Assembly: GCA_019747815.1 (NCBI GenBank)
Contig: JAIEQJ010000056.1
Coordinates: 17,797-81,796 of the forward strand
Source: Hyphomonadaceae bacterium
GTDB taxonomy: Bacteria; Pseudomonadota; Alphaproteobacteria; Rhizobiales; Hyphomicrobiaceae
Length of the DNA: 64,000 bases
Direction: 5' to 3'
The notes beneath the pieces are model-generated. The model was not told the DNA's origin and ran no database searches. It saw only the letters and a list, made by a program, of their open reading frames with translations. The position numbers were made by a program, and so were the translations under genes. Shown one piece after another: positions 48,026 through 58,252 of the stretch. Position 1 is the stretch's first letter; each line of letters starts with the position of its first letter.

Positions 48026-49303
48026 GTGGACGAGCAACGTGTGGAGGTGTCAACCTTGGGAGCAGCGCCAGGCCTGCCTCTGAAGCGGTCGCTGTCTCTT
48101 CTCCAGGCGACCCTCTACGGGCTCGGCGTCACCATCGGTGCCGGCATCTATGTGCTGATCGGGGCAGCGGCCGCACGCGCCGGCATGCACGCGCCCATTG
48201 CCTTCGTGTTCGCCGCCATCCTGATGGCCCTGACCGCCGCATCCTTTGCCGAGCTGGCGGGACGCTTGCCGGTCGCCGCCGGCGAGGCCGCCTACATTCG
48301 CGACGCCTTCCAATCCGACAAGCTGGCCCTGTGCGTCGGCTTGCTGGTGGTTGCCGTTGCCATTGTCTCCGCCGCAGCCATAAGCGTTGGGAGTGCGGGG
48401 TACATCGGCGTCTTCGTGACCTTGCCAGAACTGGTCCTGGTCGCTGCCGTGGTCTCGGCGATGGGTGCCGTTGCCGCGTGGGGCATCAAGGAGTCGGTGA
48501 TTTTTGCCGGCGCCATGACCGTGATCGAGGTCGGCGGCCTCCTGCTCCTCATCGTCGCAGGCATGGCATCAGGGCCCGATCTGGTCACGCGATTGCCCGA
48601 AGCTCTACCGCCGCTCGGCGACGGCGGCGTCATGGCCGGCATCATGGGCACAGTCCTGCTGGCGGTCTTTGCCTTCATTGGGTTCGAAAGCCTGGCCAAC
48701 GTGGCCGAGGAGGTCCGCGAGCCTCAGCGCACCTTGCCCCGCGCAATCTTTCTGACGTTGGCGCTCTCGACCTTGCTGTACGTACTTGTGGTCTGGGTGG
48801 CGCTGGTCACCGTTCCGCGTGAGGAGCTTGCCCAATCGAAGGCACCGCTTGGGCTCGTTTTCGAGCGCTTGACTGGGGCGTCGCCGCGCACCATGAGCCT
48901 GATTGCCATCGTTGCGACGCTCAACGGCATCATCGTGCAAATCATCATGTCGTCGCGCGTGCTCTACGGTCTCGCCCGGCAGGGCGAGCTACCGGCATTC
49001 TTCGGCGCCGTCAACAAGTCCACGCGAACTCCGCTCAATGCCACGGTAGTCACAACGGCGCTCGTGCTGCTGTTGGCGATGCTACTCCCCTTGCATCAAC
49101 TCGCCGATCTCACCTCGCGCATCACGCTGATCGTGTTTGCGCTGGTCAATCTGGCGCTGATCCGCATCAAGGCACGCGCGCGGCCCGCGCCGCCCGGCGG
49201 CTACGTCGCACCCGTGTGGATACCGTGGGCAGCATTGGTCACGTGCGCTGGCCTCCTGATCATCGACATGGCCTTGCTCGCGAGAGCAACGATCTTTCCG
49301 TAG
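48026..49303 (+). CDS. APC-superfamily amino-acid permease
   Basis: GTG start. RSLSLLQATLYGLGVTIGAGIYVLIG, with a 12-TM profile. Confidence 0.82.
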   Translation: MDEQRVEVSTLGAAPGLPLKRSLSLLQATLYGLGVTIGAGIYVLIGAAAARAGMHAPIAFVFAAILMALTAASFAELAGRLPVAAGEAAYIRDAFQSDKLALCVGLLVVAVAIVSAAAISVGSAGYIGVFVTLPELVLVAAVVSAMGAVAAWGIKESVIFAGAMTVIEVGGLLLLIVAGMASGPDLVTRLPEALPPLGDGGVMAGIMGTVLLAVFAFIGFESLANVAEEVREPQRTLPRAIFLTLALSTLLYVLVVWVALVTVPREELAQSKAPLGLVFERLTGASPRTMSLIAIVATLNGIIVQIIMSSRVLYGLARQGELPAFFGAVNKSTRTPLNATVVTTALVLLLAMLLPLHQLADLTSRITLIVFALVNLALIRIKARARPAPPGGYVAPVWIPWAALVTCAGLLIIDMALLARATIFP

Positions 49304-49327
49304 GCGCTTCGGTCGCTCGGTGAGCTA

Positions 49328-49717
49328 CTAGTCGATCTCCCGAACCGAGACCACACGAAAGGTTCGCAACACCCCGTCCTGCTCCTTGATAGATACGTAC
49401 TCGCTGGGAACGAAGGTATGGGCGTCGAGGCGGAACCCGGTCTCGTCGTGGTTGGGGTCGCCATGAATATCGTAGTGGAAGGCCCACGTGCCGCGCTTGT
49501 GAACAATGTGACCCACCTCGTCACGCTCGTGAGCCCAGAAACGGCGCACGCGACAGCGGTCGCGCAGCGTCTTCCAGGCGGCAAGATCGATACGGCCGCG
49601 GCTATCGAGCGGGGCAATGAACTCATAGCCGCGCTCGCTGCTGCCGTTGGGAAACTCATGATCGCGCGCCAGCTCCAATCGCACGCGGCGCAACAATGTC
49701 TCTGCTTTCGTCATCAT
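49328..49717 (-). CDS. hypothetical soluble protein (129 aa)
   Basis: ORF lies 16 nt downstream of the USP gene on the same strand. No family recognised. Confidence 0.55.
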   Translation of the reverse strand: MMTKAETLLRRVRLELARDHEFPNGSSERGYEFIAPLDSRGRIDLAAWKTLRDRCRVRRFWAHERDEVGHIVHKRGTWAFHYDIHGDPNHDETGFRLDAHTFVPSEYVSIKEQDGVLRTFRVVSVREID

Positions 49718-49733
49718 CGCTTCTCCGTCGCGA

Positions 49734-50585
49734 TCAGTGGGAGAACAAGACCGGGATAGTCATGTTCCTGAGGACATGGCGCGTGGTGCCACCAAACACA
49801 AACTCGTGCAGCCGCGCGTGGCCGTAGGCGCCCATGACGAGCAGATCGGCCTCGGTCGCTTGCGCGCACAGCAGCTCGCCGGTCGACGTCTTGCCGGCCT
49901 TGACTTCGCGGATGCTCGCCCTGATGCCGTGGCAACTAAGCGTTTCGGCAATGGCGCTGGCCGGCAGAAGCTCCTCGCGGTGCAATACGGACTCGCCGAC
50001 ATGGTCATACTCGTCGATCGTCAGAAGCTGCACACTGCGCGCGCGCTTCAACAGCGGCAGCGCGTCGAAGAGGGCACGCGTCGCCTCGCGGCTCGCGTTC
50101 CAGGCGATCACGATGCGCTCGGGAAGGGCCGCAACCGCGCTGTCATCAGGGATCACCAGAACCGGCCGGCCGCTCTCGACGGCAAGGCGCTCCGGGAAAT
50201 CGAGCAGGAAAGAAAGATCCCATGCTGGATCAGCCTTGCTGGTAACGACGAGATCCGCGGCTCGCGCACGCGCCGCAACGATCTTGGCAGGATCAACTCG
50301 CTCGGACCTGATCGAGCGCCATTCGCCAATGAACCGCTCGTTGGCGGTCATCTCTTCAAACAGCGACTTGATGTGTTGGCCTTCCTCGTCGATGCTCCAC
50401 CGGAGGCCCCCGAGCACGTCATTGCCAACGGGCAGCGGGATTGGCGACTCGAGGCGCAGCGCGGGAAACACGTGCAGACCGGTCAAGCGCGCTTCGAAGG
50501 CGCACGCCAGCGCCACGCTATAAGAGAGCAGCCGGCCGGCCCGACGAGAGTCGTTCAAATGCACGAGGATCGTTCTGTACGACAT
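49734..50585 (-). CDS. tandem-domain universal stress protein (283 aa), paralogue of 45991-46833
   Basis: MSYRTILVHLNDSRRAGRLL...DLLVMGAYGHARLHEFVFGGTTRHVLRNM. Confidence 0.88.
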   Translation of the reverse strand: MSYRTILVHLNDSRRAGRLLSYSVALACAFEARLTGLHVFPALRLESPIPLPVGNDVLGGLRWSIDEEGQHIKSLFEEMTANERFIGEWRSIRSERVDPAKIVAARARAADLVVTSKADPAWDLSFLLDFPERLAVESGRPVLVIPDDSAVAALPERIVIAWNASREATRALFDALPLLKRARSVQLLTIDEYDHVGESVLHREELLPASAIAETLSCHGIRASIREVKAGKTSTGELLCAQATEADLLVMGAYGHARLHEFVFGGTTRHVLRNMTIPVLFSH

Positions 50586-50647
50586 GGCCGGGGCCTTCGC
50601 TTCAATTCCCAGGAGCGGAAGCGTGATTGGTCTGGCGCGCTGCGGCC

Positions 50648-50661
50648 TTGATCCGCGTCAA
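50648..50661. promoter_or_regulatory. Fnr/FixK-type box TTGATCCGCGTCAA
   Basis: Perfect palindrome in the divergent region between the USP gene (ATG 50585) and the kinase/Pat operon (ATG 50789). Confidence 0.6.
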
Positions 50662-50788
50662 GGCCGCCCTATCGTTAGTGTAAGCATTTGCAACACGCGG
50701 ACTTCAGTGGCCAGGGCCAAGCTCGCCTCTCGGCCCTAGTGGCAACTCGTCCGACGAATTCGGCGGCCATGCAGGCGTCTGGTGCTTG

Positions 50789-52396
50789 ATGACCAATGAG
50801 CAATCCACAGCCGAGCGCAGCGACCAGGCGGCAGTCATCGCTTTCCTCGCCGACCCGTCCTCCTACGCCGGCGTGTCCCGTGTTGATCGCTTCGAGACCC
50901 ACGGCAACCTGGTGTTCCTCGCCGGCGCGGAAGCCTGGAAGATCAAACGGGCGGTGCGCTTTCCCTACATGGATTTTTCCACCCTCGAGAAGCGCAGAGC
51001 AGCGTGCGCGCGAGAGATGGAGGTCAACCGTCGGCTCGCTCCCGACCTCTATCTCGGCTGTATGCCGATCACGCGCTCTGTCGACGGCAGGCTGGCGTTC
51101 GGCAGCAATGGCGCCATCGCCGAATGGGCGGTGCACATGCGCCGTTTCCACCAGTCGGCACTCTTGAGCAACATCGCCGCAACTGAGGGAATCGCCGCGG
51201 ACCTGGCGAAGACCGTGGCCGATACGGTGTTCGACAGCCATCGTGGCGCGCAATGCGTCAACTCTGCTTCTGGCGCGGCGCGCATCGGCGAGCTCCTGGC
51301 CTCGATCTGCAGCTCGCTTGCTCGGTCAGATGCGTTTGCCAGCAAGGACACCGGCGAGTTTTCGCGGGATGCGCAAAGCCAGCTCAGCCGCGCCGCAGCC
51401 ACACTCGATCGTCGCGCCGAGGCAGGCCTCGTGCGGCGCTGCCACGGCGACCTGCACCTCGGGAACATCGTGCAGTGGCAGGGCCGGCCCGTACTCTTCG
51501 ACGCCATCGAGTTCGACGAGAAGATCGCGACCGTCGACACTCTCTACGACCTCGCCTTCCTGTTCATGGACCTCGACCGGCATGGACAAGCGCGAGCCGC
51601 GAACGTCGTACTCAACCGCTACTTGTGGCGGTCCCAGGACGACCTCGACCTGATGGGCCTGCAGACACTTCCCCTCTTCCTCGGACTTCGTGCCGGCGTT
51701 CGCGCCATGGTGACCATCGATCGCGCTGCGCAAGAAGATCGCGAAGCCGCCGAGGAAGACAGGGAGAGCGCACGGACCTACTTGCGCGCGGCGCTCGGTT
51801 ATTTGGCGCCGAACCCACCGCAACTCATCGCCATCGGCGGTTTGTCCGGAACCGGCAAGACCACACTGGCAGCGGCGCTCGCGCCTGGGCTCGATCCAGC
51901 GCCGGGTGCGGTGCACCTGCGAAGCGACCTGGAGCGCAAGGCCTTGTTCGGCGTCGCAGAGACCGTGCGGCTGCCTGCTCAGGCTTATTCGGTTGAGGCG
52001 TCCAGCACCGTCTACGAGGCTCTTTGCAGGAAGGCGCGCATTGCCCTGACGGCGGGTCAATCCGTTGTCGTCGATGCGGTCCACTCGACCCTGGATGAGC
52101 GATCGGCCATCGAAGCTGTGGCATCCGACCTGGGAGTGCGGTTCCGCGGCTTGTGGCTCACTGCCGCAGGCAAGGAGCTGGCTGCCCGAGTAGCGGCGCG
52201 CCGCAACGACGCTTCGGATGCGACGCCGGAGTTCGTTGCGCGTCAACTGACATGGGATACCGGCACCTTGTCGTCGGCGTGGGCGACACTGGACGCCGGC
52301 AGTGGCACGGACGAGACCCTTCGGCGCGCTATCATCGTCTTGGGCTCCGCACCCCACCGACCAGAAACGGCGAACAATCGCGGCGAGGCGCCATGA
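50789..52396 (+). CDS. bifunctional APH-like phosphotransferase / P-loop (AAA_33-like) kinase protein
   Basis: N-terminal half has the APH-like catalytic loop (CHGDLHLGNIV...FDAIEF). C-terminal half has the Walker A GGLSGTGKTTLA. Confidence 0.75.
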   Translation: MTNEQSTAERSDQAAVIAFLADPSSYAGVSRVDRFETHGNLVFLAGAEAWKIKRAVRFPYMDFSTLEKRRAACAREMEVNRRLAPDLYLGCMPITRSVDGRLAFGSNGAIAEWAVHMRRFHQSALLSNIAATEGIAADLAKTVADTVFDSHRGAQCVNSASGAARIGELLASICSSLARSDAFASKDTGEFSRDAQSQLSRAAATLDRRAEAGLVRRCHGDLHLGNIVQWQGRPVLFDAIEFDEKIATVDTLYDLAFLFMDLDRHGQARAANVVLNRYLWRSQDDLDLMGLQTLPLFLGLRAGVRAMVTIDRAAQEDREAAEEDRESARTYLRAALGYLAPNPPQLIAIGGLSGTGKTTLAAALAPGLDPAPGAVHLRSDLERKALFGVAETVRLPAQAYSVEASSTVYEALCRKARIALTAGQSVVVDAVHSTLDERSAIEAVASDLGVRFRGLWLTAAGKELAARVAARRNDASDATPEFVARQLTWDTGTLSSAWATLDAGSGTDETLRRAIIVLGSAPHRPETANNRGEAP

Positions 52397-55122
52397 CCAT
52401 CCGCAACTTCGACTCTCTCCTGCGGCCGCGATCGGTGGCGCTGATCGGCGCCAGCACCAAGCCGGGCAGCGTGGGTCTCATCACGGCACAGAACCTGCTC
52501 GGAGGCGGATTTCCGGGGCCGGTCTGGTTCGTCAATCCGAAGTACAGCGCCATCGAAGGGCACGCCTGCCATCCGTCCGTCGCATCTCTTCCCGCCGCGC
52601 CGGACCTGGCCGTGCTCGTCACGCCCCCGGCAACCATCCCCGCGCTGATTGCCGAGCTGGCCGCCAAGGGAACACGTGCCGCGGTCGTCATTACGGCAGG
52701 GATTCGCGACGACCTGAGACGCGCAATGCTGGAAGCGACTCGCCCACACCTGCTGCGCATCCAGGGTCCCAATTGCCTGGGTCTGATGGTGCCCGGCATC
52801 GGCCTCAACGCCGGCTTCTCGCACAAGCCTCCGCTCGCCGGAGAGCTCGCCTTTCTGTCGCAATCCGGCGCACTGATCACGGCCATCATCGACTGGGCGT
52901 GCGCCCGCAGCATCGGCTTCTCACACGTGGTCTCGCTCGGCGACATGGCCGATGCCGATTTCGGCGACATGCTGGACTACCTGGCCGGCGATGCAAAGAG
53001 CCGCGCAATTCTGCTCTACATGGAAGCGGTCACGAACGCGCCGAAATTCCTGTCGGCGGCGCGCCGCGCCGCCCGATCCAAGCCCGTCATCGTCGTCAAG
53101 GCCGGACGTGGCGCGACGGGCGCCAAGGCGGCCCTTTCCCACACCGGCGCATTGGCTGGAGCCGACGCGGCCTACGAGGCTGCATTCCGCAGGGCAGGAT
53201 TGCTGCGCGTGCGCGAGCTCGATGATCTCTTCAGCGCCGCGGAAATCCTGGCGCGGCATCCACAACTTCTCGGCGACCGCCTGGCAATCCTCACCAACGG
53301 CGGTGGGGCGGGTGTGCTGGCAGCCGATCGCCTCGGCGATCTCGACGGCCGCCTTGCCCCGCTCTCCGACGCGACCCGCACAGCCCTGGATCGCATTCTG
53401 CCACCCACATGGTCGCGCGGTAACCCCGTGGACATCATCGGTGATGCGGACCCGGCCAGATATTCGACTGCCGTCGACCTGTTGATGGATGACGACACGG
53501 CGGACGCCGTTCTGGTCATCAATTGTCCGACGGCACTGGCGTCGAGCACTGCCGTCGCGGAACAGGTGCTAGAGGCGTTGGATCGCCGCACGAGCGCCGG
53601 CCGCCGCTGCAAGCCTCTGATCACCAACTGGCTCGGCGACGGCGCAAGCCAGGGAGCGCGTCGGCTCTTCGCCGCCAAGGGCATCGCGGGCTTCGCCACG
53701 CCGGCCGACGCCATCGATGGGTTCATGCAGCTCGTGCGCTACTCGCGCGCCCAGGAGCAGCTCATGCGCACGCCGCCATCGCTGGCCGATGATCTCGGGC
53801 TCGAGCGCGACAAGGCAGCGGCGATCATTGCGTCGGTGCTTGCTGCTGGACGGACCGTGCTGTCCGAGGTCGAGGCGAAGGGTGTGCTGGCCGCCTACGG
53901 CATTCCCGTCGTGCCGACGCAGGTCGCCAGGACCCCTGCGGAAGTCGCCGCCATGGCCGAGCCCGCCATCGCCGAGCATGGCGCCGCCGTCGTCAAGGTC
54001 CTTTCGGACGATATTTCCCACAAGTCCGATGTCGGCGGCGTGCGATTGGGATTGCAACGCGCCGACGATGCTCGAGGCGCGGCGGAGGACATGATCGAGC
54101 GCATAGCCCGCGTCATGCCCCAGGCCAGGATCGATGGCTTCACGGTACAGCCGATGATCCGACGCTCTCGGGCGCACGAGCTGATCCTCGGCATGGCCGT
54201 TGATCAGACGTTTGGCCCGCTGGTGATGTTCGGTGCCGGTGGCACGGCCGTCGAGGTGGCGCGCGATACGGCGCACGCGCTGCCGCCGCTCGATCTCAAT
54301 CTCGCCCGCGACCTCATGCGGCAAACGCGGGCCTGGCGCTTCCTGCAGGGCTATCGCGATCGCCCCGCCGCCGATGTCGAGCAGATAGGGGAAACGCTGG
54401 TGCGGCTCAGCTACCTTGTTGCGAACCACAGCGAGATCCGCGAGATCGACATCAATCCGTTACTCGCCGACGACAAGGGCGTGATCGCGCTCGACGCCAG
54501 GGTGGTGGTAGCCGATGCGGCAAGAGCCCCGCGCGTGCCGATGGCCATCAGGCCCTATCCCTCGCAATGGTCGACGGACACGGAAATCGAGCCGATCGGC
54601 ACCATTCACATTCGGCCGATCCGCCCAGAAGATGAAGCCCTTTACGCCGACTTCTTCGCCCACGTGACACCCGACGATCAGCGGCTGCGGTTCTTCACCG
54701 TCGCGCCTGATCTTTCACACCGCTTCCTGGCGCGACTCACGCAAATCGACTACGCGCGCGAGATGGCGTTCGTTGCCACGGCCAAGGCGTCCGGCGCGCT
54801 GCTGGGTGTCGTTCGCATGGTGGCAGACCCCGACTATGTCCGCGCCGAGTACGCCATCCTGGTCAGGTCCGATCTCAAGGGCCGTGGTCTCGGCTGGCAG
54901 CTGATGCAGCACCTCATCGCCTATGCCAGGTCCGAGAAACTCGAGCAACTTCACGGCTCCGTGCTCGCCGCCAACTCCACCATGCTGCAGATGTGCCGCG
55001 AGCTTGGGTTCTCCATCGAGCCCGAACCGGGCGACGATAGCGTTCGCCGCGTCGTCCTGCCGTTGGCCTATAACAGCACTGGCACGCACAAGTCGCGCGC
55101 CGACACCGAGGCCGACCCATGA
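52393..55122 (+). CDS. ADP-forming acyl-CoA synthetase-like + GNAT fusion (Pat-type protein acetyltransferase, 909 aa)
   Basis: ATG at 52393 in an ATGA overlap with the upstream gene. CoA-binding N-terminus (SVALIGASTKPGSVG), ATP-grasp middle, C-terminal GNAT (IRPIRPEDEALYADFF...GRGLGWQLMQHLI). Confidence 0.85.
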   Translation: MTIRNFDSLLRPRSVALIGASTKPGSVGLITAQNLLGGGFPGPVWFVNPKYSAIEGHACHPSVASLPAAPDLAVLVTPPATIPALIAELAAKGTRAAVVITAGIRDDLRRAMLEATRPHLLRIQGPNCLGLMVPGIGLNAGFSHKPPLAGELAFLSQSGALITAIIDWACARSIGFSHVVSLGDMADADFGDMLDYLAGDAKSRAILLYMEAVTNAPKFLSAARRAARSKPVIVVKAGRGATGAKAALSHTGALAGADAAYEAAFRRAGLLRVRELDDLFSAAEILARHPQLLGDRLAILTNGGGAGVLAADRLGDLDGRLAPLSDATRTALDRILPPTWSRGNPVDIIGDADPARYSTAVDLLMDDDTADAVLVINCPTALASSTAVAEQVLEALDRRTSAGRRCKPLITNWLGDGASQGARRLFAAKGIAGFATPADAIDGFMQLVRYSRAQEQLMRTPPSLADDLGLERDKAAAIIASVLAAGRTVLSEVEAKGVLAAYGIPVVPTQVARTPAEVAAMAEPAIAEHGAAVVKVLSDDISHKSDVGGVRLGLQRADDARGAAEDMIERIARVMPQARIDGFTVQPMIRRSRAHELILGMAVDQTFGPLVMFGAGGTAVEVARDTAHALPPLDLNLARDLMRQTRAWRFLQGYRDRPAADVEQIGETLVRLSYLVANHSEIREIDINPLLADDKGVIALDARVVVADAARAPRVPMAIRPYPSQWSTDTEIEPIGTIHIRPIRPEDEALYADFFAHVTPDDQRLRFFTVAPDLSHRFLARLTQIDYAREMAFVATAKASGALLGVVRMVADPDYVRAEYAILVRSDLKGRGLGWQLMQHLIAYARSEKLEQLHGSVLAANSTMLQMCRELGFSIEPEPGDDSVRRVVLPLAYNSTGTHKSRADTEADP

Positions 55123-56111
55123 AAGCCATGGTGCTGGAGCAACCTGGCGCGCCGCTTCGCCTTATGAGTGTGCCAGACCCGAAGCCCCGATCAGGCCAGA
55201 TCCTGGTCAAGGTTGCAGCTTGCGGTGTTTGCCGCACCGACTTGCATATTGTCGACGGCGACCTCACCGAACCAAGACTGCCGATCATCCCCGGCCACGA
55301 GATTGTCGGCCGCGTGGAGGCCGTGGCACCCAACGTCCAGCATTTCCGCGTCGGCGATCGCGTTGGCGTTCCTTGGCTCGGTCACACCTGCGGGTGCTGC
55401 AGCTACTGCACGGCGGGACACGAAAACCTGTGCGATGCGCCGCGGTTCACGGGCTACCAGATCGACGGCGGCTACGCCGAGTACGCCGTGGCGGAGGCCG
55501 GCTATTGCTTCCCGCTGCCGGAGCGCCACACCGACGCCGCCGCGGCGCCGCTCCTATGCGCCGGGCTGATCGGCTATCGCGCGCTACGCATGGCTGGCGC
55601 CGCACGCACCATCGGCATCTATGGTTTCGGAGCCGCCGCGCACATCGTCGCACAAGTCGCACAGTTCGAGCGGCGTACCGTGTATGCCTTCACCCGCCCG
55701 GGTGATATCGACGCACAAGCTTTCGCGCGAGGTCTCGGCTGCGCCTGGACCGGCGGCTCGGATGAGTCACCCCCAGTCTCGCTCGAGTCTGCGATCATTT
55801 TCGCACCCGTCGGCGGGCTCGTGCCGGCGGCCCTGCGAAGCGTGCGCAAGGGAGGCACGGTGGTGCTCGGCGGCATTCACATGAGCGACATCCCGGCCAT
55901 GCCATACCAGCTGCTGTGGGGCGAGCGGATCGTACGCTCCGTCGCCAACCTGACCCGCCAGGACGCTAAGGACTTCCTTGCGCTTGCCGGCCAAGTCGAA
56001 GTCAAGACGCATGTCGAAACGTTTCCACTGAGCGAAGCCAATACTGCCCTTGCGCGATTGCGCGACGGCCGGCTCACTGGCGCAGCAGTATTGACGCCGG
56101 AGTTGCCCTAG
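55119..56111 (+). CDS. zinc-dependent alcohol dehydrogenase family protein
   Basis: CGVCRTDLHIVDG, GHEIVGRV and GFGAAAH. 4-nt overlap with the upstream gene. Confidence 0.88.
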   Translation: MKAMVLEQPGAPLRLMSVPDPKPRSGQILVKVAACGVCRTDLHIVDGDLTEPRLPIIPGHEIVGRVEAVAPNVQHFRVGDRVGVPWLGHTCGCCSYCTAGHENLCDAPRFTGYQIDGGYAEYAVAEAGYCFPLPERHTDAAAAPLLCAGLIGYRALRMAGAARTIGIYGFGAAAHIVAQVAQFERRTVYAFTRPGDIDAQAFARGLGCAWTGGSDESPPVSLESAIIFAPVGGLVPAALRSVRKGGTVVLGGIHMSDIPAMPYQLLWGERIVRSVANLTRQDAKDFLALAGQVEVKTHVETFPLSEANTALARLRDGRLTGAAVLTPELP

Positions 56112-56326
56112 CCGGTGCCACCTCTTGCGCTCCCATGCAAGGGCAGGCAGTGGTGTTCACACGCCGCATTCTGGTCGGCACCCATTCGTGCGGCTGGTTG
56201 ACCTGCGCTGAGCGGCCTAAAAGATTCGAACGGCCTGGACGCCAACACGAGGCTATCGTAGGTCCTTCGGCTCAGGCGCCATCATAATGCTTCTGCGCCG
56301 TTTGCGCGCTGCTCAGGAATGTTTGC

Positions 56327-58252
56327 ATGTCTGACGCTAACGAGGCAGCCGCCGGCCAGCAGTTCGGCTCGCAAATGCTGCAGGCCGCACTCCAGACGGC
56401 CGTCGGCGCTATCATCATCATCGATGACAAGGGATTGATCCGAACCCTCAACCCCGCGGTCGAAAAGATGTTCGGTTTCTCCGGCGACGGGCTCATCGGC
56501 CGTAACGTCAACGTTCTGATGCCCGAACCGTTTCGCAGCCGGCATGACGGCTACCTTCGCCACCATCTCGAGACCGGCGAGCGCAAGATCATCGGTATCG
56601 GTCGACAGGTCATGGCCCGCCGCAAGAATGGAGCCATCTTTCCCGTTCACTTGTCGGTCAGCGCCTTCGAGGCCGAGGGCCAGAAATATTTCACGGGCAT
56701 CCTGCACGATCTTTCGGAGCAACGCGTGGGCGTGCTGGCGGAGCAGGCCCTGCTCCAGGCCATATTCAACCAACTCCCCGACGCCGTCCTGATCGTCGAT
56801 CCGCAAAGCAGGATTACGTTGTGCAACCCGGCCGTGATGCGCGTGTTCGGTTACGCACCCGAGGAGTTGATCGGCCAATCCATGGCCGTCCTCCATGAAA
56901 CGCCGGCCGAGTTCCAACGTGCTCAAGAACTCAATGAACGTCTGAAGGAACACGAACCGTTGGGCCTCCGGACCATCCGGTTTCGTCGCAAGTCCGGCGA
57001 GGCATTCCCGGCCGAAACGGTCGTATCTGCGCTTCATGACCAGGACGGTCACTTCATCGGCTTTCTGTCCCTCAATCGTGATATCAGCCAACAGGTCGTC
57101 CAGGACCAAGCGTTGCGCAAATCCCAGCGCATGGAGGCGATAGGCCAATTGACGGGCGGCATCGCGCACGATTTCAACAATCTGCTGACGATCATCACCG
57201 GCAATCTCGAGCTGCTCGAGATGGAGCTGCAAAGCAACGAGCATCGCGACTTGCTGGCCCGGGCCAATGATGCGGCGCTGATGGGGGCGCGGCTGACCAA
57301 CCGGCTGTTGACCTTCGCGCGCCGGCGCCGGCTCGAGCCTGTCGTTCTCGATCTCAACGACCAGGTTCTTTCGATGGCTGAGCTTCTCCGCCGCACGCTC
57401 GGGGAAACCATTGCGCTTGCCACACTCCTGGCCCCGCGGCTGTGGTCGGTCAAAGCGGATCCAAGCGAGATCGAAAACGCCGTGCTCAACCTAGCGATCA
57501 ATGCGCGCGATGCCATGCCGGCCGGCGGCAAACTCGTGCTCGAAACCAAGAACGTCGTGCTCGATGAGCGCGACGTTGCAACCGAGGTCGGTGTCCAGCC
57601 CGGCGACTATGTCCGTCTCTCCGTTTCCGACACCGGCGTCGGCATGGGCCCCGAGATTCTCGCCCGTGTCTTCGAGCCCTTCTTCACGACCAAGGAACCA
57701 GGCAAGGGCACCGGCCTTGGGCTCAGCGTGCTGTATGGATTCGTCAAGCAGTCCGGGGGCCACGTCACCGTCTACAGCGAGGTCGGCAAGGGTACGACGG
57801 TCAATCTCTACCTTCCCCGCGTGACGACCGCGCTTGAAACGACGGCAACCGCGCGAGGGGAAAGGGCCGCAACGCAGCGTGCTGGTGAAACCATACTTCT
57901 CGTGGAGGACAACGCCGAGGTGCGCAGGGTTTCGGCGCGGCGTGTCGGCAATCTCGGCTACACCGTCATCGAGGCCGAGAATGCGGCGCGCGCCATCGAG
58001 GTGCTGAGCTCGGGTAAGAAGGTCGACCTCATTTTCAGCGACGTCGTCATGCCGGGCGGCATGTCGGGATTCGACCTGGCCCGGTGGGCGACGCAACATG
58101 CACCGTCGGTTCGCGTATTGCTCACGTCTGGCTTTGCCGAAGACGTGGCGCGAGCCGGCGAGACAACGGCACCCGACTTGGAGATCTTGCGCAAGCCGTA
58201 CACGGGAGATGAGCTGGCCCGTGCCCTCCGAACGGCCCTCGACGGCGCCTAG
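56327..58252 (+). CDS. hybrid sensor histidine kinase with a FixL-type haem-PAS domain (PAS-PAS-HisKA-HATPase-REC)
   Basis: NVNVLMPEPFRSRHDGYLRHH...IIGIGRQVMARRKNGAIFPVHLSVS...KYFTGILHDLSEQ parallels the B. japonicum FixL haem pocket as I recall it. H-box GGIAHDFNNLL. C-terminal receiver (ILLVEDN...DLIFSDVVMPG). Confidence 0.85.
   Translation: MSDANEAAAGQQFGSQMLQAALQTAVGAIIIIDDKGLIRTLNPAVEKMFGFSGDGLIGRNVNVLMPEPFRSRHDGYLRHHLETGERKIIGIGRQVMARRKNGAIFPVHLSVSAFEAEGQKYFTGILHDLSEQRVGVLAEQALLQAIFNQLPDAVLIVDPQSRITLCNPAVMRVFGYAPEELIGQSMAVLHETPAEFQRAQELNERLKEHEPLGLRTIRFRRKSGEAFPAETVVSALHDQDGHFIGFLSLNRDISQQVVQDQALRKSQRMEAIGQLTGGIAHDFNNLLTIITGNLELLEMELQSNEHRDLLARANDAALMGARLTNRLLTFARRRRLEPVVLDLNDQVLSMAELLRRTLGETIALATLLAPRLWSVKADPSEIENAVLNLAINARDAMPAGGKLVLETKNVVLDERDVATEVGVQPGDYVRLSVSDTGVGMGPEILARVFEPFFTTKEPGKGTGLGLSVLYGFVKQSGGHVTVYSEVGKGTTVNLYLPRVTTALETTATARGERAATQRAGETILLVEDNAEVRRVSARRVGNLGYTVIEAENAARAIEVLSSGKKVDLIFSDVVMPGGMSGFDLARWATQHAPSVRVLLTSGFAEDVARAGETTAPDLEILRKPYTGDELARALRTALDGA

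Noticed and set aside
56197-56211. TTGACCTGCGCTGAG upstream of the FixL-like kinase gene, and GTCAAACTTGAAC near 5325-5340.
   Set aside because: Each has only one recognisable half-site or the wrong arrangement. Neither is a TTGAY-N4-RTCAA palindrome.
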